A DNA stretch of 64,000 nucleotides from Octopus vulgaris (GCA_951406725.2 OX597824.1:1488001-1552000), one strand, 5' to 3'; shown: positions 1 to 13,128, numbered from the stretch's first letter. The notes: generated from the letters alone by a model not told the origin. Translations and numbers: made by a program.

Positions 1-100
1 ATTTATCGACTCCGAAATGAAAGCAAAAGTCGACTTGGGTGGAATTTGAACTCAGAACGTAAAGACAGCGTGCTAACGTTTCTGCCAACTCGCGGCCTTA
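1..100 (-). mobile_element. tRNA-type SINE fragment, family B (5' part, cut by the window edge)
   Basis: Reverse complement reads AAGGCCGCGAGTTGGCAGAAACGTTAGCACG...TTCTGAGTTCAAATTCCACCCAAGTCGACTTT..., matching copies at 16065, 22200, 26213 and 44555; B-box-like GAGTTCAAATTCC. Confidence 0.8.
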
Positions 101-204
101 GTAACAAAATATATTGCCGCTACATTTACAAAAATACTTTCTCTCTCTCTTTCTGTCTGTCTGTCTCTGTGGTGTGTGTATATATATATGCATAAACGTG
201 CGTA

Positions 205-208
205 CACA

Positions 209-256
<48 letters not shown>

Positions 257-276
257 TACATACACACACACATACA

Positions 277-337
<61 letters not shown>
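205..337. repeat. (CA)n microsatellite, representative of dozens of CA, TA, GA and CATA arrays in the window
   Basis: Directly visible; accounts for the poly-HT and poly-CV ORFs. Confidence 0.98.
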
Positions 338-340
<3 letters not shown>

Positions 341-897
341 AAGGATTTTATTCAGCATATTCCCCTTTCATATTCACACACTGCGGCGGTCTTTCAGCTT
401 TTCTAAGAAGAAAAATAAAATCAAAAGTTTGGCTCTCCAATCACTCTTCGCAAGACCCTTAAAGCCAGGAACCTTTCAGCACCTTCTCGTATATACACAC
501 ATAATTATACACATAAATAGATGTGTGTGTGTGTGTGTATGGTGACGTACTTGCACGGCAAGTATTTTGATCTACGATCAAAAGCTGAAACTAAAGTGAA
601 AATAGCATCGTAAGCACGAATCCACCATTCAGAAGCACATAAAGACCGTTCACTTCGCATATGTTCTTCAAATGGTGATAAAAGTTACATTCCTCGAAAC
701 TGCGAACTGTTCACTGACTAAACATGTGCTGCAAAATCGTAGAGCACAATTTTCTCACTGACTTTCGTGAGTGACAGTATCGCAGTTTCCAGCGATAAAC
801 ATTTTTTACATTTTACAAATAAATGTTTAAACGAAGCGGACGGACTTTGTGTTTCTGAACATGTCTTCCAGCTGTAATCGCTACACACACACACACA

Positions 898-946
<49 letters not shown>

Positions 947-2804
947 AATATATTGATACAATTAAACAAATACGACTGATTTAGCTAGAAATACGCAATA
1001 TACATCCATGTATACAAGTAAATAGAAAGAAAAAACTGAGAATATTCTAAGATCGAATGGCCATATATAAATATAAAGATATTGATCTATTAACAGATCA
1101 AACTTACACAAAGTAGAAAGTCACAGATAATTAAGGGAAGAAGGTTTAATAGGTTAGGAGGAGATGAGGAGGGAATTGGAAGTATGAGGATGGGCTGGCA
1201 GTAAATGGAATGTGCTGTGTAAGAAGAGTTCAAAAGTACTCTTAACAAGAAATATATAATATAAGGGGTGGGTTTGGTAGCAAGAATATCTTTCTAGTGT
1301 GACTAAGTTGTAACTTAATTCTATATCGTAATTAGGGAATCACACAGATTTAACATAGTAGGCAAACGATCAGTAGAATATATATTTTACATGAAAGGAT
1401 TAAATTAGAAAATCTATTCATGAAGGGCTTTGGTTGTGAAGGATGAGGAGCGATTCTCTTAAACAGAGTCTGCGAGCTCCGAGGTTAGTGTTGTATGGGA
1501 TACCGTCACAGATAATAGACCAGGATAGATTGAACCCTGAGCCATGTGGTTGGTAAGCAGGCTACTTACCATACAGCTACTCCTTAAATTTGTTTTACTG
1601 AAATATATTTGTCAGACATAAATAAATGAAAATAATATATTTCTTAATCTCTCAAAGAGTTTTATGCCGTAGCAGCACGATAGAGTGATAGCATGCTACC
1701 ACTTTATAAATAAATACTTCCTCTCTTGAGACGGAAGATAATATTTCTCTAATAAATTTGTTATTTATGATATTGTGATATTATTTATGATGTTATCTCC
1801 TTGCTTCTCCATTTAGTGAGACAGATGAAAATAGCCCTCTTTCACGACTAATTTATAAAGTTTGTTGGCTTTCTCAAGAGTATAACAATCCAGAGTTACC
1901 AAAGCTTTTCACGATATATTTAAAAAGAGAAATGTAATTAGGAACGTAAAATGTATAATTTTGTTATGATCATTTCGTGGTACATGCGAAAAAAACAAAC
2001 AAACTGACATCCACTTGCAAAGTAAGCTAGTTGAGTCTCTAACCGTTCTTATGTTTCCAGAGAGAATTGAGAAGTAGTGAATCAAGTTAAATGGTTTCAA
2101 AGCTGAACTATTAGGCACAGGGTAACTATAAATACTATAATACTACTAAAAATCCTTCTGACTTATAATAAATATCTTAACGGTATCCTTATAAGTGGTT
2201 TTCATTTTAGTTTATACCGTTTAAACACGGAAGAAAAACAAGTAAAAATCTCCCATAAAGAAAGAACTAAAACAGAAAGTAAAACAAAAACCAAGATGGC
2301 CATTCATCACCTTCTGCACTAAACGAAATGAAAAGTAGATCTGAACACGAGAGAGCAAAGTCAGATTACGACTTAATACTCTATTATCAGGCTGATATCG
2401 TTATTAGGTTTCATATGTAAGCGGAAAGAAAGTGTTATTGTCTTACTTGAATCGAGGTAGATAATATCTGTTCTGTTTGTGAAGTAAAAGCCACGGGAAA
2501 TACGATAACATTTTATATTTGTCTACGAAAGCTGCTCGAAAGTGGAAAGATTATTTGCTTTGATATATCATAAGAAGTGTCCTCTACGTACGAGGATTAT
2601 ACCATTCTTTACTCTCTTGCAATTCGGTAGATGGATTATCTTTTTGGTGGATTTAGATACAAAATAAACAACACGTTGATTTCAAGCCAAAATATACTTT
2701 GTGCTTTGTGCTTTATCACAATACCATTTAATATTAATCTGTATCTGTCCAAACTTCCTTCAGTTTGAATTATATGACCTAAAACCGGGTCGCATGATCA
2801 ATTA

Positions 2805-2840
<36 letters not shown>

Positions 2841-2932
2841 TCAAAAATAAGAGCTGGGGAAAATATGTAAGAGGAATAATTCTTCGGAATCTAATATTTA
2901 ACAAAGTTACTTGGTGCAAAAATTGTACTCTT

Positions 2933-2968
2933 TATTACATTTCATTGAAGAAACCAATTTTTCAGATA
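2933..2968 (-). ncRNA. Decayed minimal hammerhead-ribozyme-like motif
   Basis: Minus strand TAT-CTGAAAA-ATTG(gtttctt)CAAT-GAAA-TG-TA-ATA. Stems I and II pair, but the core has G8A and GAAAC>GAAAT. About 100 bp from a (TA)n array. Confidence 0.4.
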
Positions 2969-3728
2969 CCGTTACCTGCGAGAAATTTAATTTCAAATAA
3001 TTGCATTTAGGGCTTGTATTTGTCTCGCCTTATCTCCAATAAGGAAACAACGGAAAGCACTGAAAATGAAGATGTATCGCAATATATAAAGGAAGGTAAA
3101 TGTCATTACTTCATTGGCTCAAGTGAAACTAATAGACCTGCACAAACGATTGAACGTCTTCGCCTGGATCTTATAAGTGACAGCGTAAAGGAATCAGTAA
3201 ACACATAGACAAATACTAATATCGTATGTACATACGTATGAATCAAAAATGACCAATAGATATGCATATATATATATGTATATATATACATGTATTTGTG
3301 TATGTGTACGCGTGTGTGTTGTGTGTGAGTGTGTGGATATTTATATATATAAGTACAAAAGTGCTCATTGTTAGAGGCATATACGCATATATGCACACAT
3401 TCCTGAACATACTAAAACACACTAACGCATATATAGGATAGGGATTAACGAAGCATAATGCAAATGGACGAACCCAGGGGACCCGTTTTATAGATATGAA
3501 AAATAAAAACGAATTAAGGTACATTAAGTAGCACACAAAAAATATTCACTGAAGCGTTGATATGATATGTCACGTACATAAGCATATATATATATATGCG
3601 TGTGTGTGTATGAATGTGAGAATCGATGAGTGTCAAAGAGATGTGTGTGAGATGAATGCAAGAAAGACACACTCATATACACACATACACACGGACACAC
3701 ATACATAAAAACACACACATTTCTCTGT

Positions 3729-3767
<39 letters not shown>

Positions 3768-4154
3768 CCTTTGTCTACTTTTAGGTGTACGACTGCTTCT
3801 AAGGAGTCTAGAGGTCCATCCAAGTCGATGATAACCATTCCTTTCTCTTCCAGTATAGTGTCGTGGATACTAGTATACTTAGAGCTAATACGAGTTATAC
3901 AACACAGTGTAAATAAAGAGCAAAAGTAGATTATGATAAACACAAATTCATATCATTTGTTTTGTCCGTACGTTACAGAATTGAGGCTATTTGCAAATTC
4001 TGCGCTGGATAAACCGGGGGTGATTGGATGCTATGCCACAACAGACCTTCAGAGGACAGTTTTATGCATTATGGCACAAGCAATACAGCGGATGCAATGA
4101 CTATCATGTTGAAACTTGCTTAAGGAACAAATATAATGCGTTTATATATATATA

Positions 4155-4350
4155 ACGGGAAGGTTTACGAAAATGAACAAAAGACAAAGACAGGTGGAGT
4201 ACAAACAAACAATTGTATTAGTATGGCGCCCAGGAATAGAAATAAAACAAGTCTCGAGCCTACGTTCTTCGACAGAAAGATACACAGAAAAGAAACAAGG
4301 AGAGAAACAAGGAGAGAAAAAATGCGTGCAGGAGCTAACGATTCAACATG
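4155..4350 (-). mobile_element. Short (TA)n-embedded repeat, family D, with a broken hammerhead-like motif
   Basis: Alignable by eye with 27925-28117 (GTTTACG...AACAAAAGAC...GTGG.GTACAAA...TGTATTAGTAT..CGC.CAGGAATAGAAA...CAGAAAGA..CACAGAAA...GCTAACGAT); flanked by TA runs. Confidence 0.75.
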
Positions 4351-4426
4351 AGTAAAAACATATATGTATATGTATATATATATGTATATATATGTATATA
4401 CACATATCTATCTATCTATCTATCTA

Positions 4427-4460
<34 letters not shown>

Positions 4461-4461
<1 letters not shown>

Positions 4462-5063
4462 TAGCAGAGATACCCGGCGTTGCCCGGTTACATTCAATTG
4501 AAGAATTAGACTTTTGTTATATATATATATATATGGATCCACACACACACACACACACATATATGTATATTAATATAAATACATGAAAGTACATGAAGTT
4601 TGTTAAAAAAAGGGGATCATGTATATATCTCCTGGCTGTTGAGATTATAACACATCGTTGTAAACAATGTTTCTTGTTTTCCCTTGTGGAGAATATACAA
4701 AAAGGTTTCTTTTGGTTCCTACTCTTGAGCAGCCAACATACAGATGCCCATGCGAGAAGCAGGGCTCTCCCAAGAGAAGACCAGCTACAGAGAGGGTTTG
4801 ACCCTGAGATTTGTTAATGGACATGGCAAAGCTGACACGAAGGAGTAAGAGGAATTCTTGCAATAAAGACGTCATCAGCTTTTCCACATCCAGAAAGAAT
4901 GATCGCCTCGATAACGTGTGACATCATTTTCTTTATCACCAGCGATGTTCCATTGCAAAGTCTTGGTGGTTCCAGATTGCGGAGTAGCATTACAGGAGTT
5001 CCAACTTTAAGTGCTAATATGTGTGGAGGTAGTCCAGGAGGCTCCAGTGAATTGAGAAATTCC
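4461..5063 (-). mobile_element. Helitron 3' fragment
   Basis: Pif1-type helicase C-terminus on the minus strand, followed by a subterminal GC hairpin (CCGGGCAACGCCGGG) and terminal CTAG|T at 4461-4464, inserted in (TA)n. These are the canonical Helitron 3' signatures. Confidence 0.9.
4645..5063 (-). pseudogene. Helitron RepHel Pif1-like helicase C-terminal remnant (frameshift/deletion near 4840)
   Basis: [41 protein letters not shown]...[10 protein letters not shown], then a frame change to [40 protein letters not shown]...TRNIVYNDVL*. Shows the Pif1/Helitron motifs [15 protein letters not shown] and FSHG.LYV..SRV. Confidence 0.93.
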
Positions 5064-5126
5064 ACCACCACCACCACCACCACCACCACCACCACCACCA
5101 CCACCACCACCACCACCACCACCACC

Positions 5127-5158
<32 letters not shown>

Positions 5159-5250
5159 CAACAACGACAACAGCAACGATATCGTCGTTTTGCCGTCTCC
5201 CATAACTGCCAACAACAACACCACTACTACAACCTCAACCACTACCACCA
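5062..5250. repeat. (CCA)n/(CAA)n trinucleotide array abutting the truncated helicase
   Basis: Directly visible. Confidence 0.95.
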
Positions 5251-6446
5251 AAAACAAATCCAGTTTTGCATAAGCGTTAAAAATAAAAAAAAGACAATAT
5301 TGCCTTCAAAAGTTTGTGTTCAGATAATAATTTTTATGTATTAGTTGTGCAACAACTAAAACATTTGGTTGTGCAAATTCTTTGCACGGGAAACCTTCTC
5401 TGTGTAGCGTATTTCCCGATTTTCTAGAATTTGCTTTCGGCTTTCTTAGCCATTTCTGTTCTGAGTCTTCAAGCCACGAAGTCATCATTCTAAAAGAAGG
5501 CTGGTCTCCTTGACAACGCTTACGACCTTGATTTCCCTACCCTGCCTTCCCCACAGCTTCATGAAGGAAGGAAGGAGGGGAGGAGCAACACAGGTGCAGG
5601 TGCGAGCATGGACGCCGACACCGCCACCGACACACGAAGAATTGGAAGAACCCAGACGACAGCTTCACAGTCAAAGGACAACTCTGCCACAAACACCACC
5701 ACCATCACAACGACGACCAATGAATATATATATGCCCCCCCCCATAAAGAAAACAGATAGAACTTGCTTTCTATATTATGTCCCAAAAAGTTTTTTTATC
5801 TCATTATACCTTTTATTATTTCATATATTTTTATATTTTCACACATAATAATTTTTTCTGTACTTTTCTATCCTGCTTTTTTTTCCTGTGCCTATATAGA
5901 CGTGTATATAGATTCATTTGTACACGTGTGTGAATATGTATGAGTGGGCAGTTTTAGATGTGTGCGTGTGTGCGGCCATAAGAATGCATATATAAATAGA
6001 CGTTTTTACTTAGTATTTTTACATTTTTTGTGGGGGGAGGGGCATATGTATATTCATTTTTCGTATATGCATGTGTATGTATGCGTATATAAATATGTGC
6101 GGGTATGTACATATATGGGCGTGTGTGTGTATGAGTGCATAGGGGCATGTCCGTATATGAACGTGGTTTTTATGCTTTGTATACTTCCTTATGTTTTTTT
6201 CTGTTACCTTTAACCATGGTTTTTCTTGTGCTTGTGCGTATAGAGACGTATGTATGAACTTTTACGGTACGCATGTGTGTGTGTATGAGTTTGCATATAT
6301 ATGCACATATATTTGGCGAAAAATGCGAGTGAAGATGTGTACGTTTTCATAGTGATGTATAAGTACGCACGTGGGTTCGCGAGCAGAATTATAACACAGT
6401 AATTTCCCTTTATTTAACGGTATTTTTTCATAGCGTTTTTCAGATG

Positions 6447-6516
6447 GTCAGATAACCGAAGAGATGGTGTTGTGGATTTCCACTTCGGCATCTGAAACTC
6501 AGAGTTTTATCTTGAC
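6447..6516 (+). ncRNA. Variant type I hammerhead-ribozyme-like motif (CCGAAGA core)
   Basis: GTCAGATAA-CCGAAGA-GATG...CATC-T-GAAAC-TCAGA-GTT-TTATCTTGAC. Long stem I, stem II and stem III ACTC/GAGT; U4 is replaced by C and there is one extra nt before GAAA. Lies just upstream of (TA)n. Confidence 0.6.
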
Positions 6517-6536
6517 TATTGAGTAATGTAACATAT

Positions 6537-6579
<43 letters not shown>

Positions 6580-6678
6580 ATCTATGTATATAATAATATA
6601 ATAATAATAATAATATATATATGTATATATGTATATATATATATGCATTCTATATAGTAATAATACATTTTATATGTA

Positions 6679-6753
<75 letters not shown>

Positions 6754-7789
6754 CCGCGCGTGTGTGCGCGCGTCTTTATACTCAAAGCAGGAACCCACCT
6801 AGAGTTTTCTGTTTCTTTGCTCTTCTTTTTATGCTTCTTTTTACACATTTCATGAATGAGAGGTGTGAACATTTCTTCTCTTACCATCATCTACAGTTTC
6901 CTTTGTACTGAAAATAATGTTTCAAATCGTTCTCTTTATATGTAACGAAAGGAAAATGACTCTGTCTATCCAACTTTACTTAACTAAAAGTGTTCCCTAG
7001 TGACGCTGACATTTCTAATAATTATTTCTTTTTTGTCTATATTTCCTTTTCTTACGTTTATGTCCCATTAATGGAAAATAATTACCGTATTTTATGATGA
7101 AAATAGGTCAGCCATTATTCTTTTTAAGATAATGTGCGCACTGCTTCGAAGTAAATCTTCGTTGAAATGTTTAAGCTATTAAATTTTTGGTCAATCTCAA
7201 ACACAACGCTTGCTTCAGTGCTACTCTAATAAACGATAACAATATATACAAATGTTTGTGTCGCTTTGTTTCAAGTTTTATCTTTTATAATAGTTTTCTG
7301 AATTTATTTTCTTTTACAGTATTCGAAGTGGTTTTCATGTACATAATTTATTTTTATTTGTCAGTTCCATTGAATATATATATATACATACATACATATA
7401 TTGCACTGCAAGTTATTTTTTGTTATGTGATAAGGTAGAGTTTAATAAGCTATCGGTTGGCTCATGAAAAGTGAACCTTCTCAAAATGGTTAGTTACAAA
7501 ATTACTCAGATGTAATAACATTCATATATTAAATATGAAATCGACGAATAATCAGGCAAAATAGCGTTTGAAAAGTCGTCTCTGATACATTCTCGCAGAA
7601 ACAAACGTATAAATACAAATCGACATCTCTGAAATTGTTATTGAATACAGAGTGAAAGTAAATGACTATTGTTGTGAGTGAAGTAATATATTCAGAAGTC
7701 ACTAGATATCTTATGTGAATGGCAAGGGAAGACTGGGGGAGGGTCATCATTAGTTCTTTGGTTAGAAAAGTAGGAGTGAGTCTTAAATC

Positions 7790-8040
7790 ATTGCGCAGAA
7801 TTTCTCAGACTGGTGATGTCAATATAATTAATGTTCAGCTTGGAACTTTCTAGGCTTATATTAAGACCTACAGAGTGGGAAAGATTGAGAAGGATGCAAT
7901 GCAAGAACAGAAAGAAAAAGAAAAAGGAGTGAACAATGCGTTTTATGAAAGGCTGAGGAGAAATACATAGAGATTGTGAGATAATAAATGAGTGCTGCAA
8001 ATGGTCTGTGAGAGGAGGTAGGGTGCAGATTGCCTATTCA
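7790..8040 (-). mobile_element. Highly decayed CR1/L2-type LINE 3' end
   Basis: Minus-strand translation ...IVHSFFF...LLNLSHSV...LESSKLNINYIDI resembles the CR1 C-terminal pattern SFFPR...LWN.LP..V...L..FK..IN. Confidence 0.4.
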
Positions 8041-8815
8041 TAGAATCAGAAACTGTAGTAGCAACTGCAGCAACAACAGTAGCAGTAGTCGTAGTAGTAG
8101 TAGTAGGAGCATCAGCAGCGGCATTAGTAGTAGTGATAGTAGTTGTAGTTATAGTAGTATTGCAGGTGGCTGAGAGAAGAAACAATAAATCCGGGAACCA
8201 GTTATTTTACAATAGTCTAATATTTGATTTAATGTTCACTGAAGCATCGACGGTGGCTAAAACAAGCCGTGTATATTTACATCCATCACGTCCGAATACA
8301 TTCAAACACAGAAAGAACTTCGCTGCGTTTCATTTAACCAATTCCATCTTAACAATGCTTTACACACGACAGCAAATTTATTATTTGCTATTTCTCATGT
8401 GATAACGACAGTTCTTAGTGGACAATGGATGGCTTCAGTGACTGTACCTGATGCAGGATAACGATGCAGAAAACCGTTTCCTAGAGTCCGATGACATGGT
8501 TTATAACTTAGCTCAGTGTATATTCACAGACATCGTGTAAGGAGAGATTTCCTTTACAACGAGGTCTTTCCATGTTTTTAAATGTACACCAATATATAAA
8601 ATAAAACACCATTTTCCTTTACAGGTAATTGCATCTTGCCATTGAGCTGCGTGACATTTTTATGAAATCTAGAATATTCGCCAAGCAAACAATACACAAC
8701 TGGTTGTTAATACACTTATGATCAATTTTTCGGTTCAAATGAATCATCTTTTCTCTTTTAATACTGATCTACGCGTGATTCCTATTTTTGTATGTGCGTG
8801 TTAGTTTGAATATAC

Positions 8816-8877
<62 letters not shown>

Positions 8878-8882
<5 letters not shown>

Positions 8883-9362
8883 AATAGAAAGATGAATAAT
8901 CTTGTTGCAGATTAATCAAAAGTTTAACCGATACCTTGGTAGCAAAAATCACAGCAGAAGACAGCACGGTTGGAGGTACAACCATATGGTGTTGCAACCG
9001 TGCGTTGGTGCGGATAATTGAATTTTAAAGAACATCTACACACCCCGTGCCCTCACCCACCGAAATGACCGCTGCCTGACCCGTTAAAATCTTCAACGCA
9101 CCCACCACCCGTTTTCAGCATACACTGATAAACAGTTTGGCCATGGGCTCTTAGGAGCCTAGTTCGATTTGTTTTGCTCCGCCTCTGTTCTGTTTTTGTT
9201 TTTTCCAACGGATTTCCTATTTCTTCCTGAAGAGAAAGACACAATATGGTCTCATTATTCAATCGGAATTTGGTAAATTGTGCCTTTCGAAACACGTGTA
9301 GAATGAAATAAAACGATTTCTGTTCAATCTTCGTTCAGCTCCATTTCTTCAATTCACTAAAA
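8878..9362 (+). mobile_element. About 485-bp (TA)n-embedded element with a hammerhead ribozyme (PLE pLTR or retrozyme-like)
   Basis: (TA)n on both sides; imperfect inverted termini (TAGTGAAATAGAAAGATG vs CATTTCTTCAATTCACTA); internal hairpin 8964-9003; hammerhead at 9224-9303. Confidence 0.75.
9218..9310 (+). ncRNA. Minimal type I hammerhead ribozyme with canonical core
   Basis: TTC-CTGAAGA-GAAAGACACAAT...ATTGTGCCTTTC-GAAA-CACGTG-TA-GAA. Stem I TTC/GAA extends to TATTTC/GAAATA; 12-bp stem II with one mismatch; palindromic stem III ACACGTGT; GUA cleavage triplet at 9298-9300. Confidence 0.88.
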
Positions 9363-11088
9363 ATATATATATATATGTATATATATGTTTGCGTATTAGT
9401 GTATACATTTTTGTGTAGTGGCGCGGATATGTGTGAGATTAAATATGTTAGGATTAGGCATGTAATTGTAATTGTCAATGATCATAAGTCTTGCTGCTCT
9501 TATACTCGGATAAATTAAGGAAAGCTCAAAGACGTCGAATGAATACATAAGATGATGATTAAGTGATATTTAGTGGGCATTTTATAACCTCCGAAATTGA
9601 TGCTCATGGGGAAAGAAGGTATCAGTGCTATAATTTCCTGTTTCCACTTTCGCTTAATATAGATGTGTTTAAAATAGAGATACCTTGTGCATTGTCGAAT
9701 ATAAACCAATAATATGCGATGCTTTCCGACGTGTCTTCCGACTTTTATATATAAGAGGAATAAGAATGAATGGTTAACTGCCTCGGCCGTGATTAAGAGC
9801 AACGTCAGCAAAATCAATTTGGCGAGCAAACAAGCGGACCTCTGTGTCGTTAGAATTAACAGCAATCAAATCTTCCTCAAATAATATCCAGATTATTTTC
9901 GAAAAAAAAAATGAAGATATTGGAAAATGCTGCTATAAATACATTGAATCAGAATAAATGATGGAATATACAAAGCTAAAGCATCTCTGACCATAGTTCT
10001 ACATATGGAACTGAGCAGGATCTAAAGAAGAATAACAGTTTGAAATTTTAAAAACAATGTAATCATTGAACGAGATGATTTCAGAGTGACAATGTTTTTC
10101 ACAGGTGAGCAAGCTTGTTAATTTATTATTTACTATTTACATATTGGAACAGTTCTTAATGGGCAATGGTCGACGGACACAGAGTCTGTAACTGATAAAA
10201 TATAAAGAAGGCAGAACGTGCCCTAGTGTCCAATGACATTATATATCGGTTTGCTTGATATGTTTTCACTCGCATTGTCTACAACGAGAATTTCTTCTCA
10301 TGACCTCCTAATCATTATGGATTATCTCAGCAGGGGTTGAATTATCGTGTTCCCACAGTCCAACTTCTTTCATTATGCCTCCACCCTCATCAAATAACTT
10401 TTGCATCATATGTATATTTCTTTTCCTAGCTCACAGATTGTGTATATTTGATTTCAGAGCCACATGTATCTCAATTATAGCTGAATGCTACAAAAGCTCA
10501 TGCTAGTACACGAGGTACACATTTAACCAACAATCAAATGACTGTGATTATTTCTATATATTTTCTACGCAATTTTGTTCTTAGAATTCAAAATATTAAC
10601 ATTTGAAGTTATTTGTATTTTTCACCGTGTTAGCATTACGACAAAATATGACCAACTGGTTTATTCAAACTTTTCTATGAATCAAACTTAATTAGGTTTG
10701 ATGTTGAACTATTCGTAATAATGTTGAATATGTTGCCATCGGAAAGTCGGCAACATTTATTGTAGTTTGGAAGCATACGGAAATGTTAGAAAATATGCTA
10801 TCCTGAATTTCGTTTCTTTTGCAAAATTCCCTTAAATGTGTAAATATTTTAAGTTCAAGTCGTGGTAAATAATAGACAAATTTGATTAGCCTGATTAGGG
10901 TGAGGTGATTTGTAAAGATGTAAAATAAATCTTAAATTTAATTACACCAATTGTTTGGCTACAAAATATTTTTTCTTGTTTCGAATGCTTCCGTCTGTAT
11001 GGTAAGAATATTTTAAAAATTAGCCACAGGGAATATCATGAATGTGGTATACAAGATTAGGATTAATACATGTATTTGGAGAGAGAGA

Positions 11089-11150
<62 letters not shown>

Positions 11151-12259
11151 AAACAAATTTCGTTAAATGTAAACGGATAATTAATCGTAGTTAAATAGAA
11201 GTTAATTGAATACACAAACTCATTGAAATCTCCACACGATACACATATGGAAATGAGGAGCGCACCTAAGTGCTTATGGAGAAACGTTGACACATGAACT
11301 GATACACACACACATACGCACACACACGCGCGCGTGTGCGAGTGTGTATAAGTATTCGTATGTCAATGTATGTTTCTATTTACGCATGTTTTTATCAAAA
11401 CTTTGCTGATTTCCACACAAATAAAAGATTGCCAATAATAAGCATAATGAATTATTTGCTGAAGTTTTCGTTTTTCTTTTCTACTTCGTCTGGCAAGAGT
11501 TAAGCTACAATAATCTAATCACCATATTACTTTACTCGTGATACAATGAAATTGATCTCACCTACGTACAAAGCAACGGAAATTGTGTGTCTGTAGCAGC
11601 TCAATGATCAACAACTTTCTATTTGTGATCCGAGAAGTAACCAGCATTTAATATAATCATAAAACAAGTATCATTTATCACACCAATAATTTTCCCTAAC
11701 TGATTGATGCTTTCAGATTACAGATTTCAGAAATTGTGGCCTAAATGAAACCCTGTCAAAAAAGATAACGATGCAGTTCTTTGAAATGGTGTTGTTGTTG
11801 TGTTTTTATGTTGCTGTATAGTCGCAGCATACCTGGCAGAGCAGAACTATTATCAAATTATATTGCGACGAATGTCTTTAAGATATAATAGCTATCAGAA
11901 CAATCAGCTGTATATTTGTGGGATGATTTGATTCTGTTCAATGAATATTGACTGAAATTCATTTTTGCTTTTCTATGTCAGTTGTTGTTATTCTTTTCGT
12001 TTGGCCGCTGGTGTTTAAGCCGCGATCATTTCGTATTTGTGTCAGATAGAGTGTATTCGTGACTACATCATTCTTGACGCACATGTTTGCTCCTTACTTT
12101 AAGACAGCAGAGTCTGAATTGAGGGACAGTTGTCTGGTATTTCAGGTATGCCTCCTAAACCCCTGAAAAGACAGTCATTCGTTCACGAGTTAATAATTAT
12201 GCAATTACGATAAATAAACGTTTACAAATCATGGCGCGATCCATTGATTGATAATGATT

Positions 12260-12568
12260 TTCAATTGAGGTGCGAGGCGTGTAATTTTGAGGGGAAGTAA
12301 TAAGTTGAAAGCAAAGACTCCAGTTGTTCGACTGTCACGTTATTTTATTGTGCTCGGGAGGATACCAGACAGAGTTGACTACCGTAGGATTTGAACTCAG
12401 GATATAAAAAGACAGAAGAAATATTGGGTTCAAACTTTGTTACAAGATCAGCATTTTCGAAGGAGAGGTGAATCGATTGTATTGACCCCGGTGCTCAGCC
12501 GGTACTTATTTTATCGACCCCGAAAGGATAAAAAGGCAAAAATCAACCTCGGCAGGACTTGAACTCAT
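12260..12568 (-). mobile_element. Two adjacent decayed family-B SINE pieces
   Basis: GGATTTGAACTCAG and GGTACTTATTTTATCGACCCCGAAAGGATAAAAAGGCAAA...GAACTCA motifs shared with other copies. Confidence 0.7.
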
Positions 12569-12585
12569 GTGTGTGTGTGTGTGTA

Positions 12586-13000
12586 TATAAGCCTAAACTA
12601 AGGTTTAAGGATTGCTTTAAAAATGCTCTAATACAGACAGGAATTGCCGTTGGTGATTGGGAGAAGGAGGCCCAGGAATGGAGGAAGACAGTGGATAGTG
12701 ATCGTATGGGGTTTGCATGGGAGAGACTGACGTATGAGACAATTAGGAGGGGTCTTAGAAGGAGGGAACCTGTGGAGAGGGAGGGGGTGTTATTTTTTGT
12801 GTGTGTTGTTTGTGGGAGGAAGTGTTTGAGTCATGGAAGCCGGATCAATCATCCCACAGGAGTCCATCCATGTTATAACAATGATGTGGTTATTACAATT
12901 CACAACAGAGCGTGTGTAAAATGTGGAAGGGTGTGCCTCTCAGTTGGAGGTCTGAAAAGAGATGTTAAGAGAGTGCATACGGTGGCACAGTATGTAATAA
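12586..13000 (+). pseudogene. RTE-type LINE ORF C-terminus with C2H2 zinc-finger remnants (5'-truncated)
   Basis: KPKLRFKDCFKNAL...WEKEAQ.WRKTV matches the RTE motif G.PK.R(F/Y)KD..K...W...A.DR..WR; it is followed by CVVCGRKCLSH and CVKCGRVCLSVGGLKRDVKRVH. Confidence 0.75.
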
Positions 13001-13128
13001 AATGTGTGAAAGTTTGGCTGGTCTTAAAAGTCATATACACATGACATACACACAAACGCGCGCGCACATACACACACATATGTATACATTTGTATGCATA
13101 TACCAATGATTCTCTGTCTCTCTCTCTC

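Noticed and set aside
2975-3137. Minus-strand segment with acceptor and CAG|GTAAC donor
   Set aside because: Stops in all frames and no independent support.
3731-3943. Protein-like minus ORF (LEEKGMVIIDLDGPLDSLEAVVHLKVDKG)
   Set aside because: No recognisable motif, no convincing minus-strand splice sites, and it runs into (TA)n.
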